DNA of 64,000 nucleotides from a plasmid: NCBI RefSeq assembly GCF_988243305.1, contig NZ_OZ547137.1; one strand, 5' to 3'. Shown piece by piece: positions 22,100 to 32,393 of this stretch (position 1 is its first letter; each line of letters starts with the position of its first letter). The notes under the pieces were generated by a model. It saw only the letters and a program-made list of their open reading frames with translations, ran no database searches and was not told where the DNA came from. The position numbers and the translations under genes were made by a program.

Positions 22100-22897
22100 A
22101 TGAAATTAAAACAAAATATCGAAAAAGAGATTATAAAAATTAACAATATCAGAATACATCAGTACACTGTACTATATACATCTAATTGTACAATCGATGT
22201 ATACACAAAAGAAGGAAGCAATACATATCTTAGAAATGAACTCATATTTCTTGAGAGAGGAATAAATATATCAGTAAGATTGCAAAAGAAGAAATCAACA
22301 GTAAATCCATTTATCGCAATCAGATTAAGCAGCGATACATTAAGACGCCTAAAGGATGCCCTGATGATAATATACGGAATATCAAAAATAGATGCTTGCA
22401 GTTGTCCGAATTGGTCAAAAGGAATAATTGTAGCTGATGCTGACGATTCTGTATTAGATACATTCAAGAGTATCGATCATAATGATGATTCAAGAATTAC
22501 TTCAGATTTGATATATCTTATATCAAAGATCGAAAACAACAGGAAAATTATAGAGTCAATTTATATATCGGCTGTAAGCTTCTTTTCCGATAAGGTCAGA
22601 AACACAATCGAGAAGGACTTATCAAAGAGATGGACTCTAGCTATTATTGCAGATGAATTTAATGTATCAGAGATAACAATAAGGAAAAGGCTTGAGTCAG
22701 AGTATATTACTTTTAACCAGATCCTTATGCAATCAAGAATGAGCAAAGCAGCATTGCTGTTGCTTGATAACTCATATCAGATATCACAGATATCTAATAT
22801 GATAGGATTTTCCAGTACATCATATTTCATTAGACTTTTTGTAAAACATTTTGGCATAACACCAAAACAATTCTTGACTTATTTTAAAAGCCAATGA
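22100..22897 (+). CDS. aggR: AggR, AraC/Rns-family virulence master regulator
   Basis: MKLKQNIEKEIIKINNIRIHQYTVLYTSNCTIDVYTKEG... with C-terminal AraC-type HTH; recognised from the protein sequence and its context with aap, aat and AAF genes. Confidence 0.9.
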   Translation: MKLKQNIEKEIIKINNIRIHQYTVLYTSNCTIDVYTKEGSNTYLRNELIFLERGINISVRLQKKKSTVNPFIAIRLSSDTLRRLKDALMIIYGISKIDACSCPNWSKGIIVADADDSVLDTFKSIDHNDDSRITSDLIYLISKIENNRKIIESIYISAVSFFSDKVRNTIEKDLSKRWTLAIIADEFNVSEITIRKRLESEYITFNQILMQSRMSKAALLLLDNSYQISQISNMIGFSSTSYFIRLFVKHFGITPKQFLTYFKSQ

Positions 22898-22933
22898 AAA
22901 TATGTTTTATATCATTATTTGAGATTGCTATAA

Positions 22934-23402
22934 ACATATTGGTGATGCCTCTAATTAGTTGAATCTGATGTATAATACGGGCTTTTGAGGTTATCTCATG
23001 TCCAGCGTTAATATTCATTGTCCCCGTTGTCAGTCAGCTCAGGTTTACCGCCATGGTCAGACCCCTAAAGGCCGTGACAGATTTCGCTACCGTGACTGCC
23101 ACCGTGTGTTTCAGCTCACTTATACTTATCAAGCACGTAAGCCGGGTATGAAAGAGCTGATAACTGAAATGGCCTTTAATGAGCCAGGAATGATGCTGGC
23201 CCGGATGGCTCGTTTACATGGAATTCAGCCCTGCCAGTTGTTTAAGTGGAAGAAACAATACCTGGAAGGAACTCTCAATGCTGTTGCTGCTGGTGAAGAC
23301 GTTGTTCCTGCTTCTGAACTGGCCGCTGCGATAAAGCAGATTAATCAGGTTCAGCGTTTACTGGGCAAGAATCTATGGTCCCCACCATTTTTGCAACACT
23401 GA
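22934..23402 (+). pseudogene. chimeric IS remnant: IS1-like left end and InsA zinc-finger N-terminus fused to an IS2-like (IS3 family) OrfA
   Basis: ggtgatgcctct...ttttgaggt resembles the IS1 IRL; protein starts [15 protein letters not shown]...[12 protein letters not shown] (IS1 InsA-like), then [35 protein letters not shown] (IS2 InsC-like). Confidence 0.6.
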
Positions 23403-23599
23403 TTTTGATTGATGTTGGCTTGCCTAAATCTATCCGGCGTCATTATGGGCATGGATGCCCGCGCCTCGATGAGTTCCACACCTGATGAGCCCAAAAAACC
23501 ATCCGGCTTCAGTGAGCCATTTTCTTGCTGAGGCTTTTCATCAGGCCGATATGCCGTTCATGTCATCAATAATCAGTCTTCGCAAAACCAGATTGGGAA

Positions 23600-24700
23600 C
23601 TACTTTAATTCATGATTAACCTGCCAGCCAGACTGGCGCCATCGTTACCTTTCGAACACAGTCTGCTGTGTTGTGATTGCCCACGCTATCCGGGCTAATT
23701 TGTTGGCCAGTGCGCAACATACTACGCTGGAGTGTTTTCTTGCCAACAACGCCCTGACCCAATCCGCCAACCTTCCTGACTGATTCTCGATTCTCTGAAT
23801 AAAGGATCTTGCGCACTGAACGAGTAACCGTCGCAGATTTTTATCTCCACGTTTACTTATCCCTAAAAGGGTATTTTTACCACCTGTGCTGTACTGCCGG
23901 GGTACCAGACCGGTTGAAGCAGCAAAGTCCCGACTGCAGCTATATTGTTTACCGTCTCCCAGCTGCGATGACAGTACGCTGGCGGTTATCGGACCAATAC
24001 CGGGTATTGTCTGAAGACGTTGTCCTACCTCATCACGACTCAGTTCCTGCTCCAGTGCGATTTCAAGCTCGGTGATCTGTCCGACAAGGTAAATATAATG
24101 GGCATGTAAGCGCATCAGTAACTGCGCCAGATAGGGAGGAAGTTCGTTCTCTGCAAGTACTGTTGAAAGTCGTTTTACCACTGCGACTCCTGTCGGCATA
24201 CTGATGCCAAATTCCAGCAAAAAAGCATGCATCTGATTGGTCGTTTTGACTTTATCACTGACCAATGATTCCCTGACCCGGTGAAGCGCCCGCATGGCCT
24301 GCTGAGCTTCTGTTCGTGGTTGCACAAATCGCATGGAGGGACGAGATGCCGCTTCGCATATGGCTTCTGCATCGACAAAATCGTTCTTGTTGCTCTTAAC
24401 AAAAGGGCGAACGAACTGCGGAGAAATCAATTTTGCTTCATGACCTAAATCAGCAATCCGGCGAGCCATAAAATGAGCTCCGGCGCAGGCTTCCATCACA
24501 ACGGTAGACGAGGCACAGCCTGCCAGAAACTCAATAAGTTTGGTACGGGTAAACTTTTACGCAGCAATACCTTGCCTGACTTATCTTGGCAGTGAATGTG
24601 AAAGGAATGCTTGCCAAGATCTATACCAATAAGCGTAATGTTTTGCATGATGGTCTTCTCCATGAAAGAAAAACACTCTACTAGGGTACAGCTCACAGGG
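23600..24700 (-). mobile_element. IS110-family element inserted into the IS2-like orfA
   Basis: Transposase N-terminus MQNITLIGIDLGKHSFHIHCQDKSGKVLLRK (24496..24648) and body MEACAGAHFMARRI... (23645..24499) in different frames. Confidence 0.8.
23645..24648 (-). pseudogene. IS110-family transposase, frameshifted near 24500-24540
   Basis: Two overlapping ORFs in different frames together cover a ~330 aa IS110-type transposase. Confidence 0.8.
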
Positions 24701-24837
24701 TGGTGGGGACCATCTCATTAACCATGGAAGTTGAGATCCTCAGGGAAGCAGTGGAGTATGCGCAATCGCAAATGGATAATGTATGTGTCCTTGTTATCTT
24801 CGGACAAGGAATAGCCTCGGTAAGCCGTGTTTTGGGC
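24700..24837 (+). pseudogene. IS2-like orfA 3-prime end and orfB start, continuing after the IS110 insertion
   Basis: TMEVEILREAVEYAQSQ followed by MDNVCVLVIFGQGIASVSRVLG, matching the IS2 InsC end and InsD start pattern. Confidence 0.55.
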
Positions 24838-24879
24838 GATCGAGCAGGAGGCGGGATCATTCCCGCCGTCCTGAGCCTG

Positions 24880-25260
24880 TTTGTGCACAGAAAACCCCCA
24901 GCTAGGCTGGGGGTTCCGGAAAGCTTTCAGCTTTGAGGCCAGTTATTAAAACCCCTTTTGATTTGTTAAAACACCTTGCGGTCTGGCAACTGCAAGTGTC
25001 AAACAAGAAATCAAAAGGGGGTCCCAATGGGGAACGAAAAGAGCTTAGCGCACACACGATGGAACTGTAAATATCACATAGTTTTTGCGCCAAAATACCG
25101 AAGACAAGTGTTCTACAGAGAGAAGCGTAGAGCAACAGGCAGTATTTTGAGAAAGCTGTGTGAGTGGAAAAGTGTACAGATTCTGGAAGCTGAATACTGT
25201 GCAGATCATATCCATAACAACATTTACCATCATCGCGGATATGGCCAAAAAAGTGGCTGA
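24880..25260 (+). mobile_element. tnpA: IS200 fragment (left-end hairpin plus 3-prime-truncated tnpA)
   Basis: cccccagctaggctggggg hairpin, then MGNEKSLAHTRWNCKYHIVFAPKYRRQVFYREKRRA... (IS200 Y1 transposase) ending prematurely after ~78 aa. Confidence 0.85.
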
Positions 25261-25573
25261 AGATGATGCAGAAGTCTCATCCATAACCAAGCCGGGTGCA
25301 GAAATTCATGAGTCTTAGCCCACCTCTGGTGATATTAAACGTGCGCAGGGGGCATAACTGATTCTCGCCAATGGTATGAATCTGGAATTATGGTTCCAGC
25401 GCTTTTGCCAGCATCTCAATGAGGTTCCAGAGGTGATTGTCTCTTCGGGTGTGACACTGGTAGGGCTCACCAAAGGGCCCTATGAGGGCAAACCTACCCC
25501 CCAATGCCTGGATGTCGCCAGATAACGCTCTGATTTACATTGTTAATATTCGTGATGCTTTAATAAAATACGA

Positions 25574-25997
25574 TCCGGAAAATGAACTGCCCGGGAATCC
25601 TGGAGACTAAACTCCCTGAGAAAGAGGTAAACAGGATGACTAAAAATACTCGTTTTCCCCCGAAGTCCGTCATAGGGCGATTCGTATGGTTCTGGAAAAT
25701 CAGGGCGAATATGACTCACAATGGGCGGTAATTTGTTCCATTGCCCCAAAGATTGGCTGTACACCGGAGATTCTGCGTGTCTGGGTTCGCCAGCATGAGC
25801 GGGATACCGGGGGCGGTGATGGAGGGCTCACCACCGCTGAACGTCAGCGTCTGAAAGAGCTGGAGCGTGAAAATCGTGAACTGCGCCGCAGTAACGATAT
25901 CCTTCGCCAGGCTTCCGCTTATTTTGCGAAGGCGGAGTTCGACCGCCTCTGGAAAAAATGATGCCACTGCTGGATAAGCTGCGTGAGCAGTACGGGG
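25574..25997 (+). mobile_element. IS629-like (IS3 family) 5-prime portion with frameshifted orfA, truncated by an IS2 end
   Basis: IRL-like tgaactgcccgggaatcctggagactaaact; orf[57 protein letters not shown]...; the Met start is out of frame with the body. Confidence 0.8.
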
Positions 25998-26075
25998 TCG
26001 GTGGATTTGCCCCTATATTTCCAGACACCTGTTATCACTTAATCCATTACTGACCTGCTGCCGTAGATATTCCCG
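25998..26075 (-). mobile_element. IS2 right-end fragment
   Basis: tggatttgcccctatatttccagacacctgttatcacttaatcc matches the IS2 right IR region; the same sequence recurs at 28584. Confidence 0.8.
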
Positions 26076-26539
26076 TGGTAAGCTTTATCCTGAGGAGTTT
26101 AAAGTTGAAGCTGTCAAACAGGTTGTTGAACGTGGCGATTCAGTTAGAACAGCAATCAACTATTGCTATAATAATATCTATTTTTTGTTTTATTTTGTTT
26201 TAGCATGTAAAAATTTAGAAACAGGAGGTGTATAATGATTGATATAGTTACATATGTAATGAATGCTGATTTTGATAATATAATCAAAATAGCCTCAGAT
26301 ATGGATTTAAGTCTAATAAAAGATATTGTGCGAGAGACTCAGGAGGATATCAATAGCAATGGACCTGCATGGAGTTCTTGGTCATAAATATAGTATCTGA
26401 CAATGTCAATGGCATGCATAAATGTCGTTATTATAATGACACTATGGATGTCATTGATAATAAAATAGAGTCTATTTATCATTCTGTGTAAATGCCTTTT
26501 CTTAGAAATGACCGTCAAGGCAATCACTAAACTTGATAA

Positions 26540-26790
26540 TAAAGCGGCTCATCGCCATGATGACATTCCTTAAGGGGTATTGCCCATTTCTGTAACGCTA
26601 CCGGGATGACACCGCTTTTTACTAACTCATCTGTCGGTAACACCCTGTGTTTCTTGATTGAGTGACGGATCACACTGTTCAGCGATTCAATGGTATGGTC
26701 GTATAAATCACCTTATGAAGCTCCTGCGGATAACGCGGCTCCCATACACCTCTGAACGTCTCCGGCGCCTGAGGGACAGCGTCTTCGGTT
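26540..26790 (-). mobile_element. IS256-family (mutator-type) transposase 3-prime fragment
   Basis: Minus-strand translation AVYLAPTEDAVPQAPETFRGVWEPRYPQELHKVIYTTIPLN resembles the IS256-family C-terminal region. Confidence 0.55.
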
Positions 26791-26889
26791 GGAGCCAAGT
26801 AAACAGCTTTAAGACCTCGTGTTACCGTCACGGGCAGAATATAGAATTCAACAAATTGAATACATAACCCTCAAATGCACCATCATATA

Positions 26890-27429
26890 CTAAATCAATA
26901 AATTGGTATAATTACTCTCATTCAGGAAAGCATTTTTAATATATGGGAAACAATAGACGAACCAACGAGAAAAAGCATCGTTATTGAATTTTATTTCAGA
27001 ACTTAACTCTGTCAAGGAAACATATTTATAACTCATAGCTTCCAAACTATTTAAATCTGGTTCATCATCACTAATACCATAGAAAATATGTGCAATCTCA
27101 TGTTCTGTTAAATCACCGCCGACATAAACATTATAGTAGATCTTTAATAGTTTAGATAAGGGGCATTCTATCCCCATTTCCTCCCTTAATCTTCTGTTAG
27201 CTGCAGATAAATTCGATTCACCCGGGAAGGGATGTGTACAAGAGGTATTGCTCCAAAGGCCGGGAGAATGATATTTTCCAAGTGCTCTTTGCTGTAACAA
27301 TAATTTTCCATCGCTATTACATATATAAACAGAAACAGCCCGATGTAAAATACCTTTTTTGTGGGTATATAATTTTTCGGCAATCCCCGTTTCACAATCA
27401 TTATGGTCAATTAAAATAACATTCTCCAT
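26890..27429 (-). CDS. isopentenyl-diphosphate delta-isomerase-like Nudix protein (EAEC ORF4-like)
   Basis: 179 aa with Idi/Nudix-like motifs (HRAVSVYICNSDGKLLLQQRA...EHEIAHIFYG). Confidence 0.75.
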   Translation of the reverse strand: MENVILIDHNDCETGIAEKLYTHKKGILHRAVSVYICNSDGKLLLQQRALGKYHSPGLWSNTSCTHPFPGESNLSAANRRLREEMGIECPLSKLLKIYYNVYVGGDLTEHEIAHIFYGISDDEPDLNSLEAMSYKYVSLTELSSEIKFNNDAFSRWFVYCFPYIKNAFLNESNYTNLLI

Positions 27430-27432
27430 AAA

Positions 27433-28461
27433 TTACCCCTGTTGTGACAGAAAAAAATGTAATTCATCTCTAACTGCTTTAAATGAATCCAATTTGTCTT
27501 TTGTTTTTAATGACATTCTTTCAATAACTTCTAACCATGATTTTAGAGGATGATTTATTTTTTTTACAGCAGTAATGATATCTTCAACATATTTATTAAT
27601 GAGATCCTCGCATCTTTCAATACCTCCACCGAGATAAAACTTAAGGAGCACAGCTTTTTCCACATTCTCATCAATACGTTCAATGATCTTACCATCAGAA
27701 ATCCAAGGGTAGAAATGCGATGGTTGCTGCTTTTGTATGTCTTCCATTATATCGAGAACATCATCCTGAAGGGTAAGATACATAATAAAGCTTTTCATCA
27801 TATTATCAAACTGATGTGTTAACTCTTGTTTTTTTATAATATGAAGAACCATATCGCTAACAAGTAAATGCAGTATAGATTTTCCAACTGCGTACTTTTT
27901 AAACGCCCCCTCATCCATGCCTATTAATGGTGAAATATCTTTTTCCATTAACATGGTGTTAACATACTCGTTAAAACGACGATTATAAAAAGCATAGAAA
28001 CTACTAGGCTCTATAAATATTTTTGAGGCAATATTATTAATTTCTACATCTATTATTTGCAAATAATACCCAAGATATTCTTTCTTTAAATCTCCCATGT
28101 TTCTTGAAATTAGTTGCTCGTACTGTTCATCGACAAAGAGGTCTGTGAGGATTGCCCTTCGGGCAATAAGCGTTGATATAATACCGACGTATCTTATCCT
28201 TTCAATATACTGTCCTTTATCATGGAGATCACTTATAAATAAAAATGGCATAAAATAGTAAAAAGGGTAAACATTCAAAGGCTCAAATAATGATTCTAAT
28301 TCTTTGAATGGATATTTTAATCTAATTTCTTTTAGAGTCCTAAAGTAAAAAATGATGTCAGTATACCTTATTGTTTTTCGATTATAATTAATAATATCCA
28401 TTGTGTCATTAAAATAACGACGTTTATGCATGTCATTAAAACTATCAGAAACTACTTTCAT
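27433..28461 (-). CDS. terpenoid/polyprenyl synthase-like protein (EAEC ORF3-like)
   Basis: 342 aa; Asp-rich motif LQDDVLDIMED (DDxxD-like); 3 bp upstream of the Idi-like gene in the same orientation. Confidence 0.6.
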   Translation of the reverse strand: MKVVSDSFNDMHKRRYFNDTMDIINYNRKTIRYTDIIFYFRTLKEIRLKYPFKELESLFEPLNVYPFYYFMPFLFISDLHDKGQYIERIRYVGIISTLIARRAILTDLFVDEQYEQLISRNMGDLKKEYLGYYLQIIDVEINNIASKIFIEPSSFYAFYNRRFNEYVNTMLMEKDISPLIGMDEGAFKKYAVGKSILHLLVSDMVLHIIKKQELTHQFDNMMKSFIMYLTLQDDVLDIMEDIQKQQPSHFYPWISDGKIIERIDENVEKAVLLKFYLGGGIERCEDLINKYVEDIITAVKKINHPLKSWLEVIERMSLKTKDKLDSFKAVRDELHFFLSQQG

Positions 28462-28581
28462 TTATTACCTTGAGCTCCATTACATATAAAACTATATTAA
28501 AAACCAAAAAATTATTTTATCTATAAAATCAAATGATAAATCAAAACAAAAAAAATAATAGATATTATTATAGCAATAGTT

Positions 28582-28790
28582 AATTGCTGTTTGGATTTGC
28601 CCCTATATTTCCAGACACCTGTTATCACTTAATCCGTTACTGGCCTGCTGCCGTAGATATTCCCGTGGTGAGCGATAACCCAACGCACTATGCGGATGCC
28701 ATTCGTTATAATGCTCGAACGCCTCTGCAAGGTTCTTTGCTGCCGTTAACCCGTCTGGTTTGGGCATGACACTGATGGTAAGCGTAAACT
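28582..28790 (-). mobile_element. insD: IS2 right-end fragment (IRR and insD 3-prime end)
   Basis: ORF 28603..28839 ends [54 protein letters not shown] next to the IS2 IRR sequence. Confidence 0.85.
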
Positions 28791-28866
28791 GACCGCCGTA
28801 TGTAGCCATTAAGCCAGTATTGGTAACGTAGGTGCCCACCTTTTCATCAACTAGTGGACACCTGTT

Positions 28867-29175
28867 ATGGAACAGAAAATATTATCCGCAGAACCCCGCA
28901 GATCATTTTCAAATAAGTTTAAACTTCAAATGGTTAAACTGGCTTCACAACCAGGAGCCTCTGTTGCCCGTATTGCCCGGGAACACGATATCAATGATAA
29001 CCTCCTGTTCAAATGGCTTAGGCTCAGGCTCTGGCAGAACGAAGGGCGTATATCGCGGCATCTTCCGGTAACAACCTCTTCTGGCGCTGGCGTTGAATTA
29101 TTACCTGTTGAGATAACGCCTGATGAGCAGAAAGAGCCTATGGCGGCTCTTACTCCGCTTTTATCCACTCCTTAG
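28867..29175 (+). CDS. tnpA: IS66-family TnpA (orf1) of a truncated element
   Basis: [52 protein letters not shown]; abuts a minus-strand tnpC fragment. Confidence 0.7.
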   Translation: MEQKILSAEPRRSFSNKFKLQMVKLASQPGASVARIAREHDINDNLLFKWLRLRLWQNEGRISRHLPVTTSSGAGVELLPVEITPDEQKEPMAALTPLLSTP

Positions 29176-30268
29176 TACCAGGAACGACAATGCCATGAAA
29201 TCCGGAATACTGATCTGAAATAAAGTTGTACCAGGTGAGCCCGCGGCCGGAACCAAAATATAAAGTGTTCCCGACAGACGACTCGGTGAAAAAGTGGTGT
29301 GGCTGGCAATCCAGTCTGCGTCCCAGAAATGGACGATGCCGTTGAAGGACTGGTGAATGGCAATGAGCGAGCCTGTACATAGATTTGTGTTATTGTCCGC
29401 CTCCGCCAGACCGTCATCACTGTAATAACAGAGGGCGTCCCACTGATTCAGTACATAGCTGAACGCTTCGCCCAGTCTGGATTTTTTCGACAGCGTACCA
29501 TTCTTCTCCACCATCCATTCATGCAGCGACGTCAGTAACGCTTTGCTTCGCTGCTGCCTGACTGCAAGACGCTCTGACTCTGGTAATCCCCGTATTTCAT
29601 CCTCGATGGCGTACAGTTCACTGATTCGCTTCAGGGCTTCTTCTGCCGTCGCACTTTTGCTGCTGATGTATACATCGTGTGATTTTTCGCCGGGCATGGG
29701 CCCAGCACGCAACTTCTGTCAGCGCACCGCCTTCACGTTCTGCACTGAACAGCCTGTTGTAACCTGTGAACTCATCCGCCTGCAGGATTCCCCGGAAGGG
29801 GCGAAGGTGTTGCTCCGGGTGTTTTCCCTGCCGATCCGGTGAGTACGTGAACCAGACCGCCGGAGGTTCTGACGAGTCTGCATTCCGGTCATCCCAGACA
29901 TACGTCCAGATGCGCCCTGTTTTCGTCTTTTTCATGCCCGGTGCCAATACTTTTACTGGTGTGTCGTCAGTGTGAACCTTGCGGGTGTTCATTACATAAC
30001 GGTACAGGGCATCATTCACCGGTGTCATTAACTGGCAGCACGCGTCAACCCAGTTGGAGAGTAAGGCCCGGCTCAGTTCGACACCCTGGCGGGCAAAGAT
30101 CTCACTCTGACGATACAGTGGCAGGTGTTCGCAGTATTTCCCCGTTAACACGCGGGCAAGTAATCCGGGGCCCGCTATGCCGCGCTCTATCGGGCGGGAC
30201 GGGGCTAGCGCTTCAACGATACAGTCACATTTTGTACAGGCTTTTTTTACCCGTTCAGTGCGGATCAC
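29161..30268 (-). pseudogene. tnpC: IS66-family TnpC, middle and C-terminal parts, frameshifted and 5-prime truncated by ISL3
   Basis: ORF 29618..30268 has LPLYRQSEIFARQGVEL, VHTDDTPVKVLAPG, WTYVWDDRNADSS, CWAHARRK; ORF 29161..29712 has QWDALCYYSDDGLAEADNN in another frame. Confidence 0.8.
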
Positions 30269-30302
30269 TTTCAGGGCTCTTCCGCAACCTGGGTGGAGAT
30301 TT

Positions 30303-31922
30303 TCATGCCAGTGGACTCATTACCCTCTGCCTGAGTAGTTCAAATCCTGCTCGACCATACATCTGGCGTTTCAGCATCTTCAGGCGATTTACATGACCTT
30401 CGACAACACCATTACTCCAGCGACTACTGATTGCCTCACATATAGCTGCAGCATCAGCTTCCATCCCCGCCGCCACGCGCCGAAATTCTGCTGAACCGCT
30501 TTCGTGGACTCGAGTGAACCAACTGCTTAGCTGTGATTTATTTTGGGTTTTCAGAATACGGTAGAACTCGAGTGCCAGTTGCTGCGCTATTTTCAGCTCA
30601 GGTTCTTTTTCACACATCAGACTAATAAATCGGGAAGCATAATTTTCTTCATCCCTGGTTATTCTCCAGGGCATCAACCAGCGGCTTACCCGGGACACTG
30701 AAGGAAGTCTGACGGCAGTAGTAACCGGTGGGTTCCAGCCTTTACGCCATTTGGCAACCGCATCCCTGACGATGGTTTCACTGCCTGTAAATCCCCGGGC
30801 CACCATTTCCCGCCATATCCGGCTGGCGTTATAATTACCACTTTCTCGTTGCTCTTTTAACCACTCCCTCCATGGGTCCAGAAGCCCTCGCTTTGGAGGT
30901 CGGGTTGACATTTCAGGGAATGTTCCTGAACGCACCCAGCGACTGACTGTCACACGCGACAGGCCTGTAATACGGGATATTTCCCTGAAACTACATCCCT
31001 TGTTATGCAGGGCCATAACCTCTGTCCAACGCTGATGCCGTTTTTTGCGGGTTTGTTGTTTTAGGCGTTCCGGACGACGGAGCGATGCTGCAGGCACAGA
31101 TGGTTCTGGATCAGGTGATTTCTTTGGTGACAACTCACTGGCAACAAGACGTATCAGAGGTATATGTCTGTACATCATTCGTTCAGGCGCATCGCCAATA
31201 TTTTTTAGCAGATGCCATCGATCGGCCACCTGTCTGGCCTGAGGTGCACCTTCACGTGCTGCTGTCGCATAGACTCCACTGCGATCACGCGAGACAATCT
31301 GTATTTCCGGATATTTTCTGAACCAGGTCGCCAGCGTACGCTGATCACGGCCGGGAAGCAGGACGAGGGGACGGTGAGTATCAAGATTGACGATTAACGT
31401 ACCGTAACGGTGGCCCCGATGCCACGCCCACTCATCAATACCGACATGAGGCGCGCCTGACTGTTTCGTCTCCGGGGTATTGATAACCCTGCGAAGGAGA
31501 GTATCAGCACTGCAACGGAGACCCACTGCCGTTGCTGCCCGTTTCCCGGCCTCACCTCCGGCGATTAATCCCAGTTGACGTTGTAAATTTTGTAACGCCT
31601 GTGAAGACTGTTGGTGTGAACCGGCGAAGGGAGCAAGCGACTCGGCAAAAATTTTACGTGAACAAGCCGGGTTACGGCAGTACCAGTGGCGGACGGAAAA
31701 TACAAGCCATAGCGTATGTCCTGAGCAGGGTGGATGCTGTATCCGGCGCCGACGACAACTATGAACAGAGTCGCTACGCTTAAAGCATTCAGGACATTGT
31801 GCTGTTTTGCGTTTTCCGTGGAGATGGAGGGTTATACCGTCAGAGCTAATAATTTGTCGACTGCATCGCCATCCGCAAGGTAACTGTAGAAGTGTCTTAA
31901 GAGAGTGCATTGAGTTGCCCAT
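30303..31922 (-). CDS. ISL3-family transposase
   Basis: 539 aa: zinc-ribbon CPECF...CRNPAC, DDE region GIDEWAWHRGHRYGTLIVNLDT, C-terminal SNGVVEGHVNRLKMLKRQMYGRAGFELLRQRV. Confidence 0.75.
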   Translation of the reverse strand: MGNSMHSLKTLLQLPCGWRCSRQIISSDGITLHLHGKRKTAQCPECFKRSDSVHSCRRRRIQHPPCSGHTLWLVFSVRHWYCRNPACSRKIFAESLAPFAGSHQQSSQALQNLQRQLGLIAGGEAGKRAATAVGLRCSADTLLRRVINTPETKQSGAPHVGIDEWAWHRGHRYGTLIVNLDTHRPLVLLPGRDQRTLATWFRKYPEIQIVSRDRSGVYATAAREGAPQARQVADRWHLLKNIGDAPERMMYRHIPLIRLVASELSPKKSPDPEPSVPAASLRRPERLKQQTRKKRHQRWTEVMALHNKGCSFREISRITGLSRVTVSRWVRSGTFPEMSTRPPKRGLLDPWREWLKEQRESGNYNASRIWREMVARGFTGSETIVRDAVAKWRKGWNPPVTTAVRLPSVSRVSRWLMPWRITRDEENYASRFISLMCEKEPELKIAQQLALEFYRILKTQNKSQLSSWFTRVHESGSAEFRRVAAGMEADAAAICEAISSRWSNGVVEGHVNRLKMLKRQMYGRAGFELLRQRVMSPLA

Positions 31923-31960
31923 GACTTAAAACAGCTTAGATCTTTGTTCACCAGAAAGTT

Positions 31961-32368
31961 TCATCCATTTTCTTCCACCCAGGTTGCGGAAGAACCACTT
32001 TTCATCCGTCGTTGACAGAAGTACAACATGTCAGGCATTACAAGCTCTGATGCAAAGGTGTCTTTGGGCGGAAAAATGAGTTTCTCCAGCGTGTCATGGG
32101 ATATATCAGCAGGTAATGGCCATGACAGAGAAGAGGCTTTGAAGCGGGCAAGAACCTCAAAAACGGTTGAGGCGCTGATGTGTAACGTCAGTCCGATACA
32201 ACGGTTAGTCAGCTTCTTGTCGAACTTGAGCTGAAGGATCTTAAAACAGGTTTCCATAGTGCTCCTGGATTTTCTCTTTCTGGACATTGACGTCTCCACT
32301 GGTTTAAACACGGCAATGGAGACTGTGGTGAAAAGAGTTAATTCCCAGAGTGACTGGCAGGATGCCAA
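31961..32368 (-). pseudogene. transposase N-terminal HTH fragment (IS21 IstA-like or extended IS66 TnpA-like), truncated by ISL3
   Basis: LTLHISASTVFEVLARFKASSLSWPLPADISHDTLEKLIFP parallels the N-terminus of ORF 1375..2052. Confidence 0.45.
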
Positions 32369-32393
32369 TCAATGATCGGAAGCATGCTATATT

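Noticed and set aside
25270-25540. Possible gene fragment downstream of the IS200 remnant (plus-frame translation ...ILANGMNLELWFQRFCQHLNEVPEVIVSSGVTLVGLTKGPYEGKP...)
   Set aside because: Too short and too weakly similar to any family I can name; left unannotated.
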